Assembly: GCA_951406725.2 (NCBI GenBank)
Contig: OX597814.1
Coordinates: 13,206,001 to 13,270,000 of the forward strand
DNA from: Octopus vulgaris
Lineage: Eukaryota
Length of the DNA stretch: 64,000 nucleotides
Direction: 5' to 3'
The stretch's first letter is position 1; every line of letters starts with the position of its first letter. Below are positions 56,982-64,000 of the stretch, in pieces. The position numbers were made by a program, and so were the translations under genes. The notes beneath the pieces were generated by a model, which was given only the letters and a program-made list of their open reading frames with translations, was not told the DNA's origin and ran no database searches.

Positions 56982-59900
56982 TATACATTGAGTGTAGTGA
57001 TAGGGCTCCCATTACTATACACATTTATACCTGTGTGGTAGTCTCCATGTGTATATTCACGCACGGGTATAAATGCAGGGGGTACACGCGCACGTCATTA
57101 GCGTGTACCCCCTCACATGTACATATGCATGCTATTTGGGCTCGATATATGCAACAATGTAATCGCGCCCGCATACATGCATATGGGCGAGTTGCACAAT
57201 CAAAAAACGCACACATGTGTGTGTGCGTTCCCCGGTTGTGCAATTCACCCATCTTTGGTGTTAGTGGGTGTAAACGTATCGCTGTAGATGTCAAGCTTGA
57301 TACGTATGTATATGAGTGTGTATTGGGGGGTTGTACGTATTTATTGTATGCATGTGCTTCACGCACGTGCGTCCATGTATGGATGAATATATTGGGATTG
57401 CTATGTGGGTGTAAATTGGGTATGGAGTGGGGAGTTTTGTCATTGTATGGGTGTAGGTTTCATATGTGATGGTGGTTAGTTGGTAATTTTTGGTATGTTC
57501 TGTATATTTGGGTTAGTTATGTATTATTCTAGTGTGTATAATTGTATACATATGATTTGTGTGAGTGGGATTACGCCCATTTTTGGGGATGTATGTGTTT
57601 ATTTATCCATATGGGGTGGGAGTGGCCGTTAGGTGTATATGTTGAGGCTCACATGCAATTCCAGGTACAGCGAATGAAGTGGGCACTTATATTTGTTATG
57701 GGTGTGTGTACTTTATTATAACAGACAATACCCAAATAAAATCTGTCAATTCAACATACCAAATAAAAAACAAAAAACAAAGGGATCATAAACATTCACA
57801 CATACATACAAAACTCAATAAAAACACCACTAAATAACACCCATCAACATATAAATATATCCTCCAAAATACATATAGCAAATGCATTATAAAAATACAT
57901 AATAAAATAAAATAAAAATAAAAATGTATATAATGATTTTTCATGGTAGTTTTTTTAAAGAATCCATTCATAATAAATTTTTTTAAGTAGTGTTGGTTTG
58001 CCACGTGGATATAGTTTTTAGTTCAATTTATTCTTTTTCTCCATTCATAATTTTAAATGACGTTTACTTTCCATGGCGCGTATTCTTTTTTTACATAAGT
58101 TATTTCTATGGTAACGTAATTTTGGTTTGATTCTTTTAACGGCTAAGAATTTAATTTCACTTCATAATTTGAAACTGACTTGTAAGTATGTTTTTTATTT
58201 ATCCTTATGTCATATTGTTATTTTTGATATTCTGGTTAATTACGATGTATTTAATGTTGTTTTCATAGGAGTGTTTATGTATATGAGATTGTGTGTGAGT
58301 TTTTAGTTGTATAATTTATTTATCTGTATGAGTGTGGGTGTGTAAATATTGTTGTATATATCGAGTTTAGTGAGTATGTATATGCGTATATGTGAGGGAG
58401 TATATGTATCTGTTGTGTGTGTGTGTTTTGCGTGTGTGTGTGTTTGTGTGTGAATGTGTATATGGGTTTGTTATTTAGGTTTTGGGATGTATGTGTTAAT
58501 TTGTCTGTGTGGTGAGGGAGTGGGTTTTGGTGTATATTGAGGTTTATAAGTTAGTATAGGTATGTGTATAAGTCGTGGGTCTGTGGTTTAAGTGTGTGTA
58601 TTTGTGTGTGAATGTTTAGGTTAGGGGGATTGCTATATAGGTTTGTTATAGAGTTTAGCAAAGGGAGATTTTATCGTTATAGTTTTTAAGAGATTTGGTT
58701 TATCATGGTTTTTTTAGGGAATTCGTGGTAATTTGTCTATTTTCGATGTTGGTTGTTTTATTACATTGTTTCATTCATAATTTTTGAGTGGTGTTCGTTT
58801 TGCCACGTGAATATTATTTTTAATTCCATTTATTCCATTTCTCCATTCATTAATTTAGAGATGTTCGTTTCCAGAGCGGTTATATTTTTTATACATATGT
58901 TAAGTTCCTTGGTAAAGTAATTTTGTTTGGTGTATATGTTGAGGCTTATTTGTACTTGTGGGTGTGTGTGAGTGGGGTGGGTGTTTGTATTTGTTATGGG
59001 TGTGTGGTTTACGTGTGTGTTTTTGTGTGTGAATGTATAGGTTAAAGGGATTGCTATATAAGTATGTTATAGTGTTTAGTAAAGGGAGGTTTTATTATTT
59101 CTGTTTTGTGAGTTTTAGCTTATCATGGTAGTTTTATAAAAGAATCCATTCATAATTTTTGTGTTTATTTGTATGTGTGGGGTTGAGTGGGTTTTGGAGT
59201 ATATGTTGAGGTTTATATGTATGTATTGGTATGTGTAAGTGGTGTGGGTATCTGTATATGTCGTGGGTGTGTGGTTTACGTGTGTGTATTTGTGTGTGAA
59301 TGTTTAGGTTAGGGGGATTGCTATATAGGTATGTTATAGAGTTTAGTAAAGGGAGATTTTATCATTATATGTTTTGTGAGTTTTGGTTTATCTTGGTAGG
59401 TTTGTTAAGGAATTAATCTCACCCATTCGCACGGATGTGAATCTCCGGTGTATATGTTGAGGCTTATATGTAGCGCTGTGGAGGCGAACGTCGTTGAAAT
59501 TGTGAATGAATGGGTGGAGTTGGGAATTGTAACCGGGTGGTGGACTAGCGTTGCTTGGAATTGTGAGTGGAATAGTGTAGTAGTGAGGTAGGCATCGAGA
59601 ATAGGTTTGGGTTGCTGCAAGTTGTTTGTTAGAGCTGCTAAGGTGAGCTAAAGCTCATAAATGTATATAATGATTTTTCATGGTAGTTTTTTAAAGAATC
59701 CATTCATAATAAATTTTTTTTTTAAGTAGTGTTGGTTTGCCACGTGTATATAATTTTTAGTTCCATTTATTCTTTTTCTCCATTCATAATTTTAAATGAC
59801 GTTTACTTTCCATGACGCGTATTCTTTTTTTACATAGGTTATTTCTATGGTAACGTAATTTTGGTTTGATTTTTTTAACGGCTAAGAATTTAATTTCACT

Positions 59901-61743
59901 TTATAATTTGAAACTGACTTGTAAGTATGTATTTTATTTATCCTTATGTCATATTGTTATTTTTGATATTCTGGTTAATTACGATGTATTTAATGTTGTT
60001 TTCATAGGAGTGTTTATGTATATGAGATTGTATGTGAGTTTTTAGTTGTATAATTTATTTATCTGTATGAGTGTGGGTGTGTAAATATTGTTGTATATAT
60101 CGAGTTTAGTGAGTATGTATATGCGTATATGTGAGGGAGTATATGTATCTGTTGTGTGTGTGTGTTTTGCCTGTGTGTGTGTTTGTGTGTGAATGTGTAT
60201 ATGGGTTTGTTATTTAGGTTTTGGGATGTATGTGTTAATTTGTCTGTGTGTGGAGGGAGTGGATTTTGGTGTATATTGAGGTTTATAAGTTAGTATAGGT
60301 ATGTGTATATGTCGTGGGTCTGTGGTTGACGTGTGTGTATTTGTGTGTGAATGTTTAGGTTAGGGGGATTGCTATATAGGTTTGTTATAGAGTTTAGCAA
60401 AGGGAGATTTTATCGTTATATGTTTTTAAGAGTTTTGGTTTATCATGGTTTTTTTAGGGAATTCGTGGTAATTTGTCTATTTTCGATGTTGGTTGTTTTA
60501 TTGCATTGTTTCATTCATAATTTTTGAGTGGTGTTCGTTTTGCCACGTGAATATTATTTTTAATTCCATTTATTCCATTTCTCCATTCATTAATTTAGAG
60601 ATGTTCGTTTCCGGAGCGGTTATACTTTTTATACATATGTTAAGTTCCTTGGTAAAGTAATTTTGTTCGTGTATATGTTGAGGCTTATATGTACTTTTGG
60701 GTGTGTGTGAGTGGGGTGGGTGTTTGTATTTGTTATGGGTGTGTGGTTTACATGTGTGTTTTTGTGTGTGAATGTATAGGTTAAAGGGATTGCTATATAA
60801 GTATGTTATAGTGTTTAGTAAAGGGAGGTTTTATCATTTCTGTTTTGTGAGTTTTAGCTTATTATGGTAGTTTTATAAAAGAATCCATTCATAATTTTTG
60901 TGTTTATTTGTCTGTGTGGGGTTGAGTGGGTTTTTGGAGTATATGTTGAGGTTTATATGTATGTATTGGTATGTGTAAGTGGTGTGGGTATTTGTATATG
61001 TCGTGGGTGTGTGGTTTACGTGTGTGTATTTGTGTGTGAATGTTTAGGTTAGGGGGATTGCTATATAGGTATGTTATAGAGTTTAGTAAAGGGAGATTTT
61101 ATCATTATATGTTTTGTGAGTTTTGGTTTATCATGGTAGGTTTGTTAAGGAATTCGTAGTAATTTGTGTATATTTGCGATGTCTGTTGTTTTATTGCATT
61201 GTTTCATTCATAATTTTTAAGTAGTGTTCGTTTTACCAAGTGAATATAATTTTTAATTCCATTTATTCCATTTCTCCGTTCATAATTTTGAGTGATGTCC
61301 GTTTTCTAGAGCGTGAATGTGGGTTGTATGTGTGTGTGTGTGGGAGTATGAATAAGTATTGTGTTGAAGTATTTAGCTATTTTATTTATTTATAGTTGCC
61401 TAGACGTTTTTATGTGTATGTATAGGGATATATATATAGGTGTGTGGTTTAGTGTATGTAGTTAGATATGGTTATATATAATTAGGTATATGTGTATGGG
61501 TGTATATATAGTTTATTATTATATTATTATTATTTTTTTGTTTTGTTATATATTTTATATTTTATATTTTATATTTATTTGTTGATAGGTTTATTTTAGT
61601 TTATATATTGTTTATATATTGATTATATATGGATTATATATAGGTTATATATGGATTATATATTTATATTTTTTCATTCATACTTTAATTATTTTAAAAT
61701 TATTATTTGTATATTTTAAAATATTGATATTTTAGATTGAAGT

Positions 61744-61786
61744 CCACCTGAAGATTGTCGATCAAGACAAGAAACGATTGTAGTGG
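61744..61786 (+). ncRNA. Type I minimal hammerhead ribozyme, intact core
   Basis: ccac-CTGAAGA-ttgtc(gatcaa)gacaa-GAAAC-GATT-GTA-gtgg. Stems I and II are perfect; predicted cleavage after GUA at 61782. Confidence 0.9.
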
Positions 61787-61962
61787 CGGTTTTTTTGACT
61801 ATTTATTAAAATTTTATGTATTGATTAAGTCTTTCCTTGTTTGTTTTGCAAAATAGTGGTTTTGTCTCTAATAATATTTTATAATATTTTACTATAAAAT
61901 TGGATTTAATCCTAAATCCGATTTTTTTCCCTGTAAATTTGGATTTATTCCCTAATATTTAT

Positions 61963-62023
<61 letters not shown>

Positions 62024-62729
62024 TGTATATATGTATGTTTGTATGCATGTAGATAGGTATATAATATAAAATAGATTTTGGATCACCGTGTTGAATACAG
62101 AAAAACGAGACCCTAAACATGGATAGAAAGACTGTTATGTATCCCCCCACACACAAACATAACAAAAACGTGCAGATTATAACAAATACGTTAAGAAATC
62201 AATAGAGTTTCTTGAAGATGGAAGAGCGCATCAGAGAGAAAAATATGAAAAGTACGAAGAGATAGGTAAGAAAATTGAAAAGAAATGTCAGAAGGATCAT
62301 AAATCAGGCCAACATAATAGCAACAATAATTATCGTATCGATGGTAAGGTATATTACAAAAGAAGATACAAGCTTACCTCATCATTTCAACGTGACATGG
62401 AACAGATTCAGAACGAGATCTCATGTATTAAGAGGGATATTATTAACGAAATCAAAGTTGAGAATATCTCGTATAAATGACCTCGTATATTGTACTGCTT
62501 ATCCTCAGTTGGCATGTATCGTGTTAAGACAGAGAAAAAAGGGTCAAACATATACGGCAAAATCAAAAATTTGGGAATGAAGTTAAGCTTTTCAATAAAA
62601 GACTTCAAAGGGGAATAGAAGATTTTAAAGAAAAGCTTTCGTGATGTGATTTAAATGGTTACAGCTTACAAGTGAAGTAAAGCGTTATATGCACAAGTGA
62701 AGCAAAGCGTTCAAAGAGATTTATAAGAA

Positions 62730-62895
62730 AATATAAGATAGGCAAAAAGATTGATCAGAATATGTAGAAGAGGTTTCTCAGAAATATATAACGAAGATTT
62801 TTTTTTCCAAAAAAGAAAATATAAGATAAACAAAAATATTGATCAAAATATGTAGAAGAGGTTTCTCAGAAATATATAACGATGACTTTTTCCCA
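62730..62895 (+). repeat. Two tandem copies of a ~89-bp unit
   Basis: ttgatca.aatatgtagaagaggtttctcagaaatatataacga occurs twice. Confidence 0.85.
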
Positions 62896-63672
62896 AGAAA
62901 GTAACATTAAGAGAATGACATAATAAATATTAAATCAAAAAGGAACTCTTTGTCAGATACTTGGACTAATGAGATCCAGCACAAGAGTGACGCAAATTAT
63001 TTATAAGTTTTTGAAATGTGAATTCAAAATCGTCAAGGCAAGTGAATATAAATTTTTATGGAGAGAAAAAGTTCCTGAAAAATTATGCAGAGCTGGAAAG
63101 CTATATATCCATATATATTCGGGGATTTTAATTTTGAAATGCTGTAAAACTGCTCAGATTCGGAATGGACACCCAACATAGAAACAATAGGTAACTGTAT
63201 TAATACAAAATATTGAAGAAAGGAAAGAAAAAATCGGTAATTGTACGCCTAATGGAGACTTGGAAACTGGTAACTTGTCCCAGGAACGGGAAATGCATAT
63301 TTCCAAGAACGAACAGACTGTTAACACAAGTCTAAAACTGATGCGTGGAAATAAATTGGTATTGTTACTCTGTTGTATATTAATGAAAAGGACATACATC
63401 TATCTTAAATAAACTTCAAAAAAGCATAAGATACCTCGTATGCCGGCTGGCCCTAGCCTATATTAATATTAATATGTATTGTAAAAATAATAAGAATGTA
63501 TGTTATATGTGCATACGTATCCATATATAAGTAGATATATGTGGGTATATCCTACTTTACTCATACATCAGTATAATATATTTTATTACATTCAAATTTA
63601 TCATATTGTATTATAAATTTCCGTTTTTTGAAAACAGTAAGAATGTACACATACACACACACACACACAAAA

Positions 63673-63707
<35 letters not shown>

Positions 63708-63716
<9 letters not shown>

Positions 63717-63998
63717 CAAAATGGGACAAGAACACAAATCATCCAGACATTTAGTTAACAAAAGAAAGGGACAACAAAACATCCAGATAGACGATACAAA
63801 GAAAATAAGGACGAGTCATTCGGAGTTTTCTTTCCTCAGTCGAGTTCCAGATTATCGTTGCAATTTCGGCTGTTTGGAACTCACCCGAGGAAATAAAACG
63901 TCGATTGACCCGTCCTTGTTTTCTTTGTATCGTCTATCTGGATGTTTTGTTGTCCCGTTCTTGCATCACCTAACTACCATTCTTGTACTATTTTATAT
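63708..63998. repeat. Small foldback (MITE-like) element
   Basis: gggacaacaaaacatccagatagacgatacaaagaaaa at ~63768-63805 is mirrored at ~63920-63957; inner ttcctc.g..gagttcca and tggaactc...gaggaa also pair. Confidence 0.85.
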
Positions 63999-64000
63999 TA

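Larger units (their letters stand above)
52775..61883. repeat. 9.1-kb near-perfect inverted repeat: arms 52775-56733 and 57922-61883, ~1.19-kb spacer
   Basis: Arms read as reverse complements throughout with only scattered substitutions. Left arm is A/C-rich and right arm T/G-rich. Confidence 0.97.

Noticed and set aside
55035-59620. ORFs inside the palindrome (55035, 56800, 56975, 57025, 59405)
   Set aside because: Short, with non-ATG starts or composition driven by A/C or G/T skew, and no recognisable domain.
62060-63420. A-rich segment with short ORFs as a gene or retroelement ORF
   Set aside because: No recognisable motif and many stops; left unassigned.

Overview
AT-rich eukaryotic DNA saturated with microsatellites and retroelements. 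The tRNA-derived SINE families and the (TA)n/(AAT)n/(TATC)n load suggest a coleoid cephalopod (Octopus-like) intron or intergenic region; this is inference from family recognition. I can support no intact host protein-coding gene, and almost all listed ORFs are microsatellite artefacts. Recognisable content: CR1-like, RTE and R4/Dong LINE remnants, two mariner remnants, a Helitron Rep fragment, three SINE families and several Penelope-like element (PLE) remnants (RT and GIY-YIG). The main hidden signal is about 14 type I minimal hammerhead ribozyme (HHR) motifs, some intact and some decayed, from several unrelated families. They cap (i) a 9.1-kb non-coding near-perfect palindrome at 52775-61883, (ii) a head-to-head tRNA-promoter/(AAT)n/HHR element with a target-site duplication (TSD) at 28903-31580, (iii) two elements with ~463-bp circularly permuted monomers, and (iv) the pLTRs of coding PLE remnants. 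Together these look like an ecosystem of PLE-mobilised, ribozyme-bearing non-autonomous retroelements (retrozyme-like). All structures were read by eye; nothing was folded or searched computationally.
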